Source: Candidatus Eiseniibacteriota bacterium | GTDB taxonomy: Bacteria > Eisenbacteria > RBG-16-71-46 > JABDJR01 | Direction: 5' to 3' | DNA length: 64,000 nucleotides | Assembly: GCA_963783375.1 (NCBI GenBank) | Contig: CAWANH010000028.1 | Span: 864,001-928,000 of the forward strand | Shown here: one piece after another, positions 9,530-21,200 of the stretch | How the letters are laid out: each line of letters starts with the position of its first letter | Position numbering within the stretch: position 1 is the stretch's first letter | Position numbers and translations under genes: made by a program | Notes under the pieces: generated by a model | Told to the model about the DNA's origin: nothing | The model's database searches: none | Seen by the model: the letters and a program-made list of their open reading frames with translations, nothing else

Positions 9530-10562
9530 GTAAGGGAGGCGGGCGGGGGAGACGAGGGGAGCGGGCCGGGAGGAGGGGGGAAGAGGACAGGGGGGGAGGG
9601 CACGAGGGCGAGGGAAGCGCGCGGGCGGAGGCCGGGCGGCGCGCAGAGACGGCGGGCGCGGGAAAGAACGCGCGGAGGCGCGAAGGCGCGGCGAGCGGGA
9701 GAGCCGCGGCGAGACCGCGCCCCGGCGCAGGCGACGGGGGGGCGCCGGAGCGCGGCAGGGGCGGCGGCGGCGGCGCGAAGACCGGCGCCCCCGGCCGGCC
9801 GAGGACCGCCGGGAGGGAGGGCGGCGGGCGGCGGAGACGAGCCGCGGCACGGGGGAGACGGCCGGCAGGGGGGAGACGGCCGCCCGCGCAGGCCGGGGAG
9901 GAAGACGCGGCCGGGGCGCGACGCCGGGAGGGCGGCCGGAGCGGCGCCGGCGGAACCGGCGACGCGCGAACCGCGGCGGCGAGCCCGCGGCCCGCGGCAG
10001 CGAGTGCCCGGCGGTCGGCCGGGCGAGGCGGGGCGCGCCCGGGCCAGGGCCGAGGGGACGCGTCCGGCGCGGGGTGGAGGTCAGCGGCGCCGGCGGGGGC
10101 GCGGCGAGACGGGCGGCGACCCGCGGGACGCGAGGGCGGCCCGCGGACGACGGGCGGGACGAAGACGGCCGCGGGGGCGGGCCGCCGCACCCGGGCGAGG
10201 CCGGGCGGCCCGGCCGAGGCGGAAGGACCGCGCCGGCGCGGGGACCGGCGCCGGGCCGGCGGGCGACGGCGACGCGGCCCGAAGACCGACGGGGCGCGCC
10301 GCGGAGCGCCGCGCGCGGCCGCGCGGGCGGGGCGCCGGGGGCGGCGGGGGGGCGCGCGCGGGCCGCCGCGGCGGCGCGGGGCGCCCGCGGCGCGGGCGGC
10401 GGGCGGGCCGGGCCGCCGGGCGCGGCGCGGGGCGGGGCGCGGGGGCGCGGGGGCCCGGGCGGCGCGGCGGCGGGGGCCGCCGCCAGGGGCGGCGGGGGTG
10501 CGCCGGGCCCCAGCGAGGGTAGGCGCGCGCGCCGCGGGCGGTCGCGGCGGGGGGGGGGGGGC
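9530..10562. other. Low-complexity, G-rich, nearly T-free block (probable sequencing/assembly artefact)
   Basis: Only a handful of T in ~1 kb of + strand; ORFs translate to R/G/A/P gibberish; both flanking genes frameshift as they approach it. Confidence 0.7.
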
Positions 10563-10563
10563 G

Positions 10564-12019
10564 TCAGGGGGCCCAAGGGGATCCGGCGCGGGTGAAGGTC
10601 AGGGGCGGTTGGGCCAAACCCCGGGCCAGGGCGGCCGCTTCGGCCTCGGAGAACCGATAGGTGAACGCCACCGCTCGTCCCCAGGGTGATCATCTGCCGG
10701 GTCGAATCCGGGTCGGCGACGTTGAACGCGGCCAGGAACTCGTCCCGGTCCTCCGCCGTGTCCCAGGTCGTCACCCAGAGGCCTCGAAGGTTCCCGGCCG
10801 GAGGGAGGCCGCCATCCTCCCTCCGGAGCCGGCCGGGCGCATCCTCGGGCATCCGCGGCTTCCGCCGGTCCCAACCGCCGTCCGTGGACCCGCCGGCGAC
10901 CGGCCCCAGGAGATAGAACCGGTCCCCGCCCCAACCCTCCGCGGCGGGGTTCGTCCACGCGGCGGCGCTGGCCGCGGTCAGCGCGTTCACGTACTCCCCG
11001 GCCGGCGTGGTGAGGATGGCCACCAGGATCTCCCCCAGGGTGTCCCCACCCAGGATCTCGAGTCCCGCGGTCCGAACCGCCGCGGTCGCCGCACCCTCAT
11101 CCACCGTCACCGGGTCGTCGCGCCCGGCCGTGTTCCAGTACTTGTCGGGGTGGAGGATCTGTTCGGAGGAGCGGGGAAGATCGCGCGCGGCGATGAGGAA
11201 CCGCGCCCCGATCCTCGCGCCGGCCTCCGGCGACGCCAGCCCCAGAAGACCGCCGGGAGAGAGAAAGAGCATTCCGCAGGTGTACTGGGCGAGGAACGTC
11301 TGGAAGTAGGGCGGCGCCTCCAGGAAGGGCCGGCTCCGCTCGGCCTCGGATTCCATGATCTGGGTGAGGTCGGACATCCGCAGCTTTCCGGAAAGCTGGA
11401 GCTTCGTGGTGTAGATCGACATGATCGCGGTGGCCGAGCCTTCCACCGCGCCCCCCAGGGCGAAGTCGGCGTCCTGGCTTCGGGGGTGGTTTGCGATCAA
11501 CGAGTCCAGGCTCACGTACTGGTCGTCGAGGGCGTGGGTGAGTTCGTGGGCCACCATGATCTCCTCGACCTGTGGTCCGAACTGGACCCCACCTCTCCGC
11601 ACCATGTAGAAGGCCTCGGTTTCGGGATCGTAGAAGCCGCCGACCTGGTTCATGAGCACGGCTTCCAGGGTGGATTCGAAGTCGACCGAATCGGGAAGGA
11701 GTCCGGTCATGTGGAGGATGGCCTCGGTCCGGTTCGAGCGCTCCGGGGGATACTCCTTGGCGATCTCCTTCCGGAGGTAGATCCGGAGCTGATCCTCGCT
11801 GTAGAAGTCCTTCTTCACCGGATGCTTGAACGGGCGGCCGTCGATCGTGGCCACCTCGGTTTCGACCGAGTCGGCCATGGCGATGAGGGCGGCGGCGTCC
11901 ATGGGGGACGCTGGAGTCTCGGTTTCGAAGGCGGCTGCGCGCGCCGGCGCCCTCCCGAAGGAGGATCCGGCCAAGAGGAGTCCGGTCACGATGTGTGCCA
12001 TGCGTGGGTTCATATCCAT
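10564..12019 (-). CDS. Secreted zinc-dependent metallopeptidase-like protein (HExxH), one frameshift near 10680
   Basis: Signal-like N-terminus; 'VGGFYDPE', 'MVAHELTHALDDQ', 'AVEGSAT', 'PRSSEQILHPDKY', 'AAEGWGGDRF'; alternate frame ends '...GSPWAP*' at 10564. Confidence 0.7.
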
Positions 12020-12032
12020 CCGCGCGTTACCC

Positions 12033-13469
12033 TCAACCCGCCCGGGCGGCCCGGCGCCCCGCCTCCAGCGCGGGCACCAGGCGATCCAGATCCTCCCGCG
12101 TGGTGAGGAAATTGGTGATCGTGGCCCGGAGCGCGGGGCCGATCCCCGTGAGCCGCGCCACCGAGATCCAGGCCTCGCCCGAGGCCAGGACGCTTCGGAG
12201 AACCGCATCCAGGTACTCGAAGGTCCCGCCTTCGGGAAGGGTCCCGTCCACGAAGCATACGGTGGGAAGCGGCGTGTCGTTAACCACCTTCCAGCCCGCC
12301 TCGGCGAGCTTCTCCCCCAGCAGATCCCCCATCCGGGTCTGGTGGCGGATCGCCTCCGCATAGCCGTCCCAGCCCGCCACCGCCAGCGAGAGGAACACCT
12401 TGAGTCCGGTGAACCGGCGCGACCATTGCATGGTGGCCGTATAGGGATCGACCACGGGAAGGCCGGCCGCCTCGCGCGGCATGTAGTGGGCGGCCACCCG
12501 GAAGGTCCGGTCCAGGATTCCGGGGCGGCGGGTCAGGTAGAGGCCGGCCCCCATCGGCACCGAAAGCCACTTGTGGGCGTCGAAGGTGATGGAATCCGCG
12601 CGCTCGATCCCGGCCAGGGCCGGCCGGAGTTCGGGGACCAACATGGCCGCGCCCCCCCAGGCCGCATCGGCATGGAACCAGAGGATCTCGCGCTCGGCCA
12701 CATCCGCGATCTCCTCCAGGGGATCGACGACCCCGGCATTGGTCGTGCCCGCGGTTCCCACCACCAGGAACGGCAGGTCGCCCGACGCCCGATCGTGATC
12801 CACCTGCCGGCGCAGGGCGTCCGCCCGCATCCGGAGCGAGCCGTCCACCGGAAGCTCCCTCACCGCCTCGGTGCCCAGACCGCAGAGTCGCGCCGCCTTG
12901 AGGAACGAGTGATGGCTCTCCGCGGAAACGTAGATCACGGGCTCGCCGGCCAGGGCGCGCGCCCCGCGATCGCGGAATTCGGGGAACGCGTGGACCAGGG
13001 CGGTGAGGACGGCGGTGTGGTTGGCCTCCGCCCCGCCCGAGGTGAAGGCGCCCTCGGCTTCCGCCGGATCGTAGCCGAAACGGACGGCGAACGCCCGCAC
13101 CAGGTGCGCCTCGATCTCGATGGCCAGCGGGCTGTGGCTCCACGCCGCGAGCTGGGGGTTGAAGGCGGCGACCAGGGCGTCGGCGGCGATGCCCATGGTG
13201 GTCGAGGCGGGGTTGAAGAGCCCGAAGTAACGGGGGTTCGGAGCGTGGGTCTGGTGGCGGGTCAGCTCGTCGGCGGCGAAGGCCACCGCCTCCACCGGAT
13301 CCAGGGGCACCGAGAAATCGAACGGGGCCAGGAGCGAGCGAATCTGCGCCGGATCCAGATCGGGCGCCACCCGCACCTCGTCCACCGTCGTCAGGTAACC
13401 CTCGATCCGGGCGATGAGTTCCTTCCAGAGCGAAGCCCGTTCCTCGGCGGTCAGCCTGAGCGAGGCCAT
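12033..13469 (-). CDS. PLP-dependent group II decarboxylase (aromatic-L-amino-acid/glutamate decarboxylase family)
   Basis: 'PRYFGLF', 'GAFTSGG', 'VVGTAGTTNAGVVDPL', 'WFHADAAWGG', 'DSITFDAHKW' PLP-lysine motif. Confidence 0.9.
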   Translation of the reverse strand: MASLRLTAEERASLWKELIARIEGYLTTVDEVRVAPDLDPAQIRSLLAPFDFSVPLDPVEAVAFAADELTRHQTHAPNPRYFGLFNPASTTMGIAADALVAAFNPQLAAWSHSPLAIEIEAHLVRAFAVRFGYDPAEAEGAFTSGGAEANHTAVLTALVHAFPEFRDRGARALAGEPVIYVSAESHHSFLKAARLCGLGTEAVRELPVDGSLRMRADALRRQVDHDRASGDLPFLVVGTAGTTNAGVVDPLEEIADVAEREILWFHADAAWGGAAMLVPELRPALAGIERADSITFDAHKWLSVPMGAGLYLTRRPGILDRTFRVAAHYMPREAAGLPVVDPYTATMQWSRRFTGLKVFLSLAVAGWDGYAEAIRHQTRMGDLLGEKLAEAGWKVVNDTPLPTVCFVDGTLPEGGTFEYLDAVLRSVLASGEAWISVARLTGIGPALRATITNFLTTREDLDRLVPALEAGRRAARAG

Positions 13470-13553
13470 GGCGCCCCCTCCTTCCCCTCGTCGCGGACAC
13501 TCCCGGAAGGGGACGCTAGCACCCCGAGGGGGGCCGCGGGTAGCGCGAGGTTG

Positions 13554-13970
13554 CTAGTCGTCCTCTCCGCCGTAGAGGGCCTTGATCCGGCCCCAGGTGG
13601 TGGCCTTGACCGGAACGTCGTTGTTCACGGTCACCGTCCCGGTCATGCCCAGCCCGAAGTGGAACTGGCAGTAGTAGGGAATCATCCCGGTGATGGTGAA
13701 GGTGTATTCGAAGGTCGCGTTGCCGTTGTCGAGGGGGGCGTCGAACAGGGCGCCGGCGTCCGGGGAGTTCGGGTTCACGCCGTTGGTGACGGTATGAATG
13801 CCGTCGTTCCAGTGCCAGCGGACCGTGTCCCCCTTGTCGATGGTGATCTCGGATGGGTTGAAGACGAACCCCTGCTGCTGTACGTCGTGCACCGCGGCCG
13901 AAGCGGGGAGCGCGACGAGCAGGACCAGGAGGGCGAACGTGGCGTGGAGAACCAAGACGGGGCGGCGCAT
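13554..13970 (-). CDS. Secreted blue-copper (plastocyanin/azurin-like) cupredoxin with C-terminal TWGxIKALY motif
   Basis: Signal peptide; 'F.PSEITI..GDTVRW', 'HTVT', 'YYCQFH..GM' type-1 Cu ligands; tail 'VPVKATTWGRIKALY'. Confidence 0.85.
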   Translation of the reverse strand: MRRPVLVLHATFALLVLLVALPASAAVHDVQQQGFVFNPSEITIDKGDTVRWHWNDGIHTVTNGVNPNSPDAGALFDAPLDNGNATFEYTFTITGMIPYYCQFHFGLGMTGTVTVNNDVPVKATTWGRIKALYGGEDD

Positions 13971-14202
13971 GGGGACCTCCCTTCGATCTGGGTTGGGGGG
14001 ATGCCGATTCCCGATCCTATCATATTCCCGGCCCCCCCCGCCGTTCCCGCTTGTAGCCGTTCGCCGGGGCTGCTTACAATCAGGAAAGACCGAGTTCGGG
14101 CGGAATCCCCGGTAGCGGGGCGTTCCCGAGCGGTCGAGACGCCCCCGGGTGTCCGGCCCAGATTCGGCCTCCTGCGCCAATCAGAAAGGGAGGACCGTGA
14201 TC

Positions 14203-14676
14203 ATGGCCATCATCGCGAGCAGCCTCAGGCAGTACCTGGACGAGCGCAAGGTCAAGTACGAGACCCTTCATCACCGGCGCGACTACACGGCCCAGGAAAC
14301 CGCGGCGGACACCGGCACCCCCGGCCGGGAGTTCGCCAAGGTCGTCATGATGAAGACCGACAAGCGGTATCTCATGGCCGTCCTGCCCGCCCATCACCGG
14401 GTGAACATGGCGAAGCTCAAAGCCGTGCTCGGCTCCGACGACCTTCGTCTGGGCACCGAGGACGAGATCGCCAGCATCTGTCCGGACTGCTCGGTGGGAG
14501 CCGAGCATCCGTTCGGGAACCTCTACGAGATTCCGGTCTACGTCAGCAAGGATCTCGCCGACGACGAGTGGATCACCTTCAACGCGGGCACCCACGAGGA
14601 CGTCGTGCGCATGCGCTACGACGACTACCAGCGACTCGTGCAACCCCGGGTGGTGGACTTCTCGATCCGGCCGTGA
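14203..14676 (+). CDS. YbaK/EbsC aminoacyl-tRNA deacylase family protein
   Basis: 'YTAQETAA', 'FAKVV', 'CSVGAEHPFG', 'FNAGTH' motifs; GGAGG RBS. Confidence 0.9.
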   Translation: MAIIASSLRQYLDERKVKYETLHHRRDYTAQETAADTGTPGREFAKVVMMKTDKRYLMAVLPAHHRVNMAKLKAVLGSDDLRLGTEDEIASICPDCSVGAEHPFGNLYEIPVYVSKDLADDEWITFNAGTHEDVVRMRYDDYQRLVQPRVVDFSIRP

Positions 14677-14716
14677 AACGCCGCCGGATTGCGTGCATGC
14701 CTTCTGCTACGGAGCG

Positions 14717-15822
14717 CTAGGCGGTCGGCCTCCCGTCACGGGGGGTCCGGCCGCGGGGCGGCGGGGCCCGGTCGGGGGAGGCGGACGGACCGGCGGACAA
14801 CCGCCGCCGGCCGGCGAGCCGCGCCACGCCGGTCACCCCGAGCCCGATCATGAGAAGCGCGACCGGCCAGGCGTCGAGTCCCGACCAGAAGGAGCTCGTT
14901 CGCCGGTACTCGTCGTCGGTCGCGGCGCGGGTCAGGAACACGGAGCCGTCCATGGGGTCATCGGGGCCGAAGATCCGGTCCAGCCGGGTCACGAACCGGC
15001 CGGGGGCGATCAGCGCCCCCAATTCGGGGTAGCGCGCGGCCACCGCCGAGGCCTCGGAGCGGTTCACCGCGTTGGCGTAGACCGTGGTGAACCCGGGAAT
15101 CGTCGCGCGGTGACCGTCGACCACGAAGAACGCCATGGGGAGCCACTCCGCCCGATGGATGGAGAGGATCGGCAGCGGAACCTCGAGGGTGTCGGCGGCG
15201 TAGGTGAACCGCACCGGATCCACGTTCACGTCCACCTGGTCGCCGAGTTCGGCCCGCGCGGTATCGAGTTTCATGGCGGTGAAGATCCACCCGCGCGCGA
15301 CGTAGGGCGCGAACTTCAGCTCGTCCTCCGGTGACAGGCTGAACCCGTTCGAGTTCAGCCAGGCGCTCAGGCCGACGGATCGCCGGCGGAGAGGATGGTG
15401 GCGTCGAAGGCCCCCACCGCGAGACGGCCGATGATGTCGACCGTCGTCTCCCCCGCCCGCGGGTTGGGCATAGACCGATGTATGCCGCAGCCCAGGTCTC
15501 CCGGCGCCCGGTCGGACGGGGCCGGCGCGGTGAGCGCGAACATCCGGTCCAGATCCGCCGTATGCGGGTTCCAGATCGGGGATGGACGGGGTCGGCACGA
15601 TCAGCCCCCACTCCGAAGCGTTCCCCGCCACCCGGATGTTGGGAATCAGCTGGATCTTCCCGCCGCCCGGTCCATCACCACGACGTTGAGCTGGCCCATC
15701 GACTGCAGCTCACAGTCCACGCAATACACGGGGATGCACATGGCCTGCGCCAGGTCCGCGGACGGCAACCGGGCGGCCGCGACCAGGAGGATCAGGAGGA
15801 CGAGGTGACGGTTCATGGTCAT
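14717..15822 (-). pseudogene. DUF2330-like exported protein with C-terminal membrane anchor, several frameshifts
   Basis: Signal peptide 'MTMNRHLVLLILL...AQAMC', then 'WGLIVPTP', 'L.AWLNSNGF', 'PYVARGWIFTAMKL', 'FVTRL' across frames; C-terminal TM + RRR. Confidence 0.6.
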
Positions 15823-16427
15823 CTGACCGTGACGCTCAGCCCGAGTTGTACGAGCCAGCCGTCGTAGTTGATGTCCCCGGAGCCGCCGGAATAGTGAAGG
15901 TCCCCCACGAGCGAAAGCCGCTGGCGCGCCCAGATCGAGAGCGTGGGCGAGAGCGTGATCTCGGGCGGAGTCGATCAACCCCCCGATGGTGGGAGCACGC
16001 CGGGCGACGCCGGAGCGGTCGGTGAACCCGGTCAGAACGGTTTGGCCCCCGAGGCCCAGGTAGAGGGCCACGGGGACCCCGACCCGCTCGGGTACCAGGT
16101 CGGCCTGGACGGCCAGAATGATGGGGAGCACCCAGAACTTCGACTCCGGCCGCTGGAAGGTGGGGTCGGCCTGGACCTGGTCCGCGGTGGCCCAGAGATA
16201 GTCCGCCTCAGGAGGAAACGGCTCCGCTCCGGGACGGGGGACGCTGTAGCCCAGCTCAAGATCCGGCGGTGCTGAATGGGTTTGATGGGCGGAGTCGAGT
16301 TCGACTGGAATCCGCCCCCCAGTTCGATGGAGTGGGCCTCGGTCGGGGGGGCGATGAGGGTCAGGGAGGCGGCGAGGATCGAAACCAGGCCCCCGACCGT
16401 CACGCCGGAGAACAGGGAGCGCGTCAC
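15819..16427 (-). pseudogene. Outer-membrane beta-barrel protein (OmpW/OmpA-TM-like), frameshifted
   Basis: Signal peptide; alternating beta-strand segments 'LELGYS', 'ALYLGLGG'; terminal strand 'NYDGWLVQLGLSVTVR*' overlapping next ATG (ATGA). Confidence 0.5.
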
Positions 16428-17213
16428 GCCGGTACTCCTTTCGAGGGGAGGAGAAGGCCGGGAAAGAAGCTCGGGTTCGGTGGTTCAGACCCCGAAGGCG
16501 ACCGCTCGGTTCCCGCGGGCGCTGGACAAAAAATTGGCGGCACGGGACGAGGTCAGTGATCCGGCCCACGAACGCGGGAGTTTTTCCCCCAATGAGTCCC
16601 GCCGACCGGAGTCGGCGAAGGCCCAAAGACTCGCCGCGTCGTTGCCAAGCTCAAGGCTCGACCGTGCCGCCATCGTCGTCTCTCTCGATGCGCACCGTCT
16701 CTCTGTCGCGCTACTAACAATTCCTATACGATTTTTTCCAGGTCTGCATCCACCGACTTCACTTTTTCAAAACATTTTTGGGTGAAACCCCGCTGGATCC
16801 CCAAAACCACCTCAGTCGTAATAGCTTATAGCAAACCATGAAGAGCCCCTGTTCCCTTCCCCGTTCTCCTCGATCGCCACGTCTGTAACCGACTATTTCA
16901 GTTTGTTTTCACTGAAACCAGGATTCCGGGGAGGTCCCGGCCGCGTGGCTCCCACTATGCCTCTCTTTTCCACGCAGGTCAAGCGATTTGTGTGCCAGCA
17001 CCCTCTTTGTTAGACGGCTCGAACGGCGCCTTTCCCGACTCCGGTCCGAGATAACCGGAACTCGTCCGGATTTCCCGACCGCTGAGCCCGTAGCTCTCAC
17101 TCGCACAACGAGTTTTGGGTTGCAGTTTGGCGGCGCGGAGCTACACTGGCTTCCGCGCTTGGATTGTCCCCCCGTCCGCCGGTCGCCGAAGTGAATGGCG
17201 CGCGAACCCAAAT

Positions 17214-18588
17214 ATGAACGACCCACCCGTCCTCCTGATCGCCCTCGCCGCCCTGGTCATCGGGGCTCTTCTCGCCTTCCCCATGACCTCCCTGCGGGCG
17301 CGCTCGCGCCCGAACGGTTCCGGCTGTCCACCGCCGAGAAGCGCTCGCCGGCGCCGAGGCCTCGGCGAGAGCGAGCACCGGCGCCGGGAGGAACTCGAAA
17401 CCGAGTTCCGCAGCACGGCCGAGGCCCGCGCCGAGTTGGACCGCCGCCTGGCCACCGCCCTCTCCCAACTGGAGAACGCAAAAACCCAGGTCATCGAACA
17501 GCAAAGATTCATCGAAAGCTCGCGCCGGGACCTCCAGAACGCCTTCAAGGCCCTGGCCGGGGCGGCCCTGGAGGGGAACACGAAGCAGTTCCTGGAGCTG
17601 GCCCAGCAGCGGTTCGAGAAGACCGAGGCCGCGGCACGGGCAGAGCTGGAGAAGCGGAAGCAGGCCATCGAGGAGCTGCTGGCGCCGCTCCGAGAGACCC
17701 TGGGGAAGCTGGGGACCCGGACCGGGGAGCTGGAGGTGAAGCGGGAGGGGGCGTACAAGAAGCTGCTGGAGCGGCTGCAGGGACTCTCGGAGCTGACGTC
17801 ATCGCTGCAGGAGAAGACCACGTCCCTGGCCACCGCGCTCCGCGGGTCCCAGGTGCGGGGGCGCTGGGGCGAGATCGCGCTCAGGAACGTGGCCGAGCTG
17901 GCCGGCATGACCGAGCACTGCGACTTCGAGGAACAGGAGACGCTGGAGGAGGGGCGGCCGGCCGGACATGACGGTGCGGCTCCCGGGGGGCGCTTCATCG
18001 CCGTGGACGCCAAGGCGCCCCTGGCCGCCTACCTGGAGGCGGTGGAAGCGGGGGCGGACGAGGCCGCGCGGGAGGCGGCGCTGGACCGCCACGTGAAGGC
18101 GCTCCGCTCGCACATCCGCCCGCTGGCCGCCCGGGAGTACCCGGGCGCCCTGGCCGGGGCGGTGGACTTGACGGTGCTGTTCCTTCCCGGGGACCCCTTC
18201 CTGGCCGCGGCCTTCGGCCGGGCTCCGGACCTCCAGGTGGAGGCGCTCCGGTCCAAGGTCCTGGTGGCCACCCCGACCACCCTGGTGGCGCTCCTGCGAA
18301 CGGTGGCCATCTACTGGCAGCAGCGGCCCTGGCCGAGAACGCCGAGACCATCGCCGCCGCCGCGCGCGACCTCTACGACCGGGCGGCGATCTTCGGGGAG
18401 CACCTGGGCAGGGTGGGAAGGGGCTGTCCACGGCGGTGGGCGCCTACAATGACGCGGTGGGCTCCTTCGAGCACCGGCTGATGCCGATGGCGGGGAAGCT
18501 GGAGGCGATGAAGGCCACCGACGGGGCCAAGCGCCGGATCGAGGGGGCGGCGGGGATGGTGGAGGAGGGACCGGTGAGGGAGCGGTGA
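17214..18588 (+). CDS. rmuC: DNA recombination protein RmuC, frameshifted near 18330 and 18420
   Basis: N-terminal TM + coiled coil; 'RGRWGE..L..V.E.AGM..HCDF.EQ', 'VDAKAPL.AY', 'TPTTL.ALL'; tail 'AVGAYNDAVGSFE.RL' in shifted frame. Confidence 0.85.
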
Positions 18589-18872
18589 GAAAGCGGCGGG
18601 GACATCTGTCACGAGATCGAGGCGCTGAGGTATGACCCGCCCTTCAATCGAGGCCGACAGCCCGAGACCGCGCTGATCCTAGACTTTCAAACAAGAGAGG
18701 AGGCCGGGTCGCGAGGCCTGCCGGCGAGGGCCCTCGGCGCCGAAGTCATCGGCCTCGAACACCCGGTGAATCCGATACTGGACTTCCCCCTGGTACGCGG
18801 GCGCCCGAAGAAATCCCTGCGCCGGCCCCTTTTTCCTTGACGAATACCAGTCATACGGTTAGTATGTCCGAC

Positions 18873-21200
18873 GTGGACCGGCTCCCCCCGGCGCGAAGGA
18901 TGGGATCATGGAACTGGCTGGTGTGGTTGACATTGCATCTCCGGAGAGCCTCCCGGAACCCCGGTTCGGGGATCGGCTGGACGGCCTGTTCGGACCGGAG
19001 GCGGCTTACCCGGCCCGGGTTCTCCGGAGGGAGCGGGAAGAGCAGCGCCGCCGGGCTCGCGAACGAGTCCGGGAACCAGGCTCCAGCGGGAAGGGACCGG
19101 GCGCGCACCCGTGTCAAGTGCCGGCAGCTCGCCTGGCGCCTGCTCCACGCCGTCCGCGAGGCCCAGGCGGTCAGCCGCCGGCTGGAGGTTGCCCAGGGCG
19201 CGGCGCTCGGTGGGCTGCGCTCGGGCGACCGGTACCGGGATCTCGGCCATGTCCGGTTCGCCGATTCTGCCGGGAAGCGCTTCAGCTTCATCCCCGACCG
19301 CCCGTCGCCGGGTTGCAGTGCAGGACATCCTGGACCGGGTTCCCGCGGCGAGGCCCGCGTATCTCGAAGGGCGCGTAGATGCCAGCAAACTCCTGGCCCT
19401 CCGGCCGGTTCTCAACCCCGAGAACGCCCCGGTCTGGCTTGCCCTCGGCACGAAGCTCACCGTGCGCCGACTCGCGGCACGGACGGCGGAGACCGGCTCC
19501 GCTCCCGCCACGGCCCCCGACGATCTTGATGAGCCCAACCGAGGGAGGATTGCTTTTCCCGCGCCCCAGGCCGTCGGGTTCGCCTTCGAACATGCTCTCG
19601 AAACCGCCCAGCGGGTGCTCGGCTGGGATGCTCCACGCGACGAGTGCCTGGAGGCGATGCTGATGGAGTCGGATTCGTCGCTTCCCTGGCTCGCGGCGCC
19701 CCCGGAGGAGTCCGAGGCGGATCCGGCCGCCGCCGCCGCCCCGCACGATCGGAAACGGAAGGGCTCGGAGCGGGAGGTGACGGTCGGCGGCCTGGGCCCA
19801 GGCCGGGCGGCTCCCCTGGGCGGATCGCGTGGCCGGTCACGCCTCCCGGGCGCGACGTTCCCGTGCGCCGGGGGAGCCTCCCCCCGGCGGCCCGGGCGGA
19901 GCGCGACCCTGGTCGCCCTCCTATCACCGATGGGATTACAAGCGGGCCAAGAACACGTTGAGGGCCCTGGAGCGCAGGCTTCGACGCATCCATCGGCTGA
20001 CCCGGGAGACCGGCCCGTGCGCGGGGAGCGCCGTGCCCGCAGCGGACCCGGAGGGTGGACGGTTCCCGGTGCCGGCGCGGGCGCTTCTCGATCGGTACCG
20101 GGCTCTCGAAGGCGAGGTTCGGCCGCTCTTCGCGCTCCAGGCCCGCGCGCTGGTGCATCTCGATACCCTGGATGCCCCGGCCCTCGTCGGTCTCCCGCAC
20201 CTGGGGGAACTGGGCGCGCGTCTCCTCGGGCTCTCGGAGCGCGCCACCTGGGATCGGTTTCACGCTGGCTTCGCCTTCCAGTACGGCCGACTCCTCGCCG
20301 ATCGGTACGTCCGCGGCGAGGTCGGGCTGGGCCACGTGCTGCCCCTGGCGGGACGAGGGGACCTGGACACCGGGCCATGATCGAACGGGCCCGCTCGGTC
20401 ACCTATCGCCAGTTCCGGCGGGAGACTGCGCTTCCTTGGGCGGCTGAGCCTCGTCGGGTTCCGATGGACGTCCTTCTCCCGGGGTGATCACCGACCCCGC
20501 GGTCGAAGGCCGGCTCCAAAGGCGGCTCGCCCGGGCCGGTTGGTCGACCACAGACATTGAGCGCCGCCTGGACGAGCGGGGGCTCGGTCTCGCCCTCGGG
20601 GTCTTCCCTGGACCCGGCCGAGAACCCCCTCCGGATGGCGCGGCTGGAAGCACTCCTGGACCTCGCGATCCTGGCCACCTGCCGGGAGCCTGACGAGGCC
20701 GAGGAGCTGCTTCGCGGCCGGAAAACGTTGTCCGCCCCCGGCCGCCACCACCGCGTGGTGGTCTGGGCCCGTCCCGGGATTCGTGCCCGCTGGGAGCGGG
20801 CGTGCCGGGCGGTTCGACGGCGGGACGGACGGCTGCCCGACTGGGCGGCGGCCGTGGTGGTGTCCTGGGAGGCGCTGGATCAGTGGACGCACCTGGATCC
20901 CGGCCGCCTCCCCACCGAACGACGGACCCTGGAGCGTGACGGCTGGAGGTGCCGGGTTCCGGGCTGCGGGGCGCGCCGAAACCTCGAGGTCCACCACATC
21001 GTATTCCGCTCCCGTGGCGGTTCGAACGCGTCCTGGAACCTCGTCACGCTCTGCCACGCCCATCATCATCACGCGCTTCACCGAGGCACCCTCCGCGTGA
21101 CCGGCCGGGCGCCCTGCGCGCTTGACCTGGGAGATCGGCTGTTCCCCGGATGCCGCGCCGCTCTGGACCTACCGTGGCGAACGGCTCGTGCGCCGTCCGG
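18873..21200 (+). pseudogene. Large HNH endonuclease (DUF222-like N-terminal region + C-terminal HNH), multiple frameshifts
   Basis: 'ERDGWRCRVPGC....LEVHHIVFRSRGGSN..WNLVTLC.AHH' HNH motif at ~20930-21070; coding-like segments spread over several frames; TTGACG-N17-TAGTAT at 18837-18865 upstream. Confidence 0.6.

Noticed and set aside
9368-10595. ORFs spanning the G-rich block
   Set aside because: Stop-free only because T is nearly absent; the translation is low-complexity gibberish
16884-16909. Fourth TGTAACC as possible ECF promoter
   Set aside because: No CGTC at the 16-nt spacing
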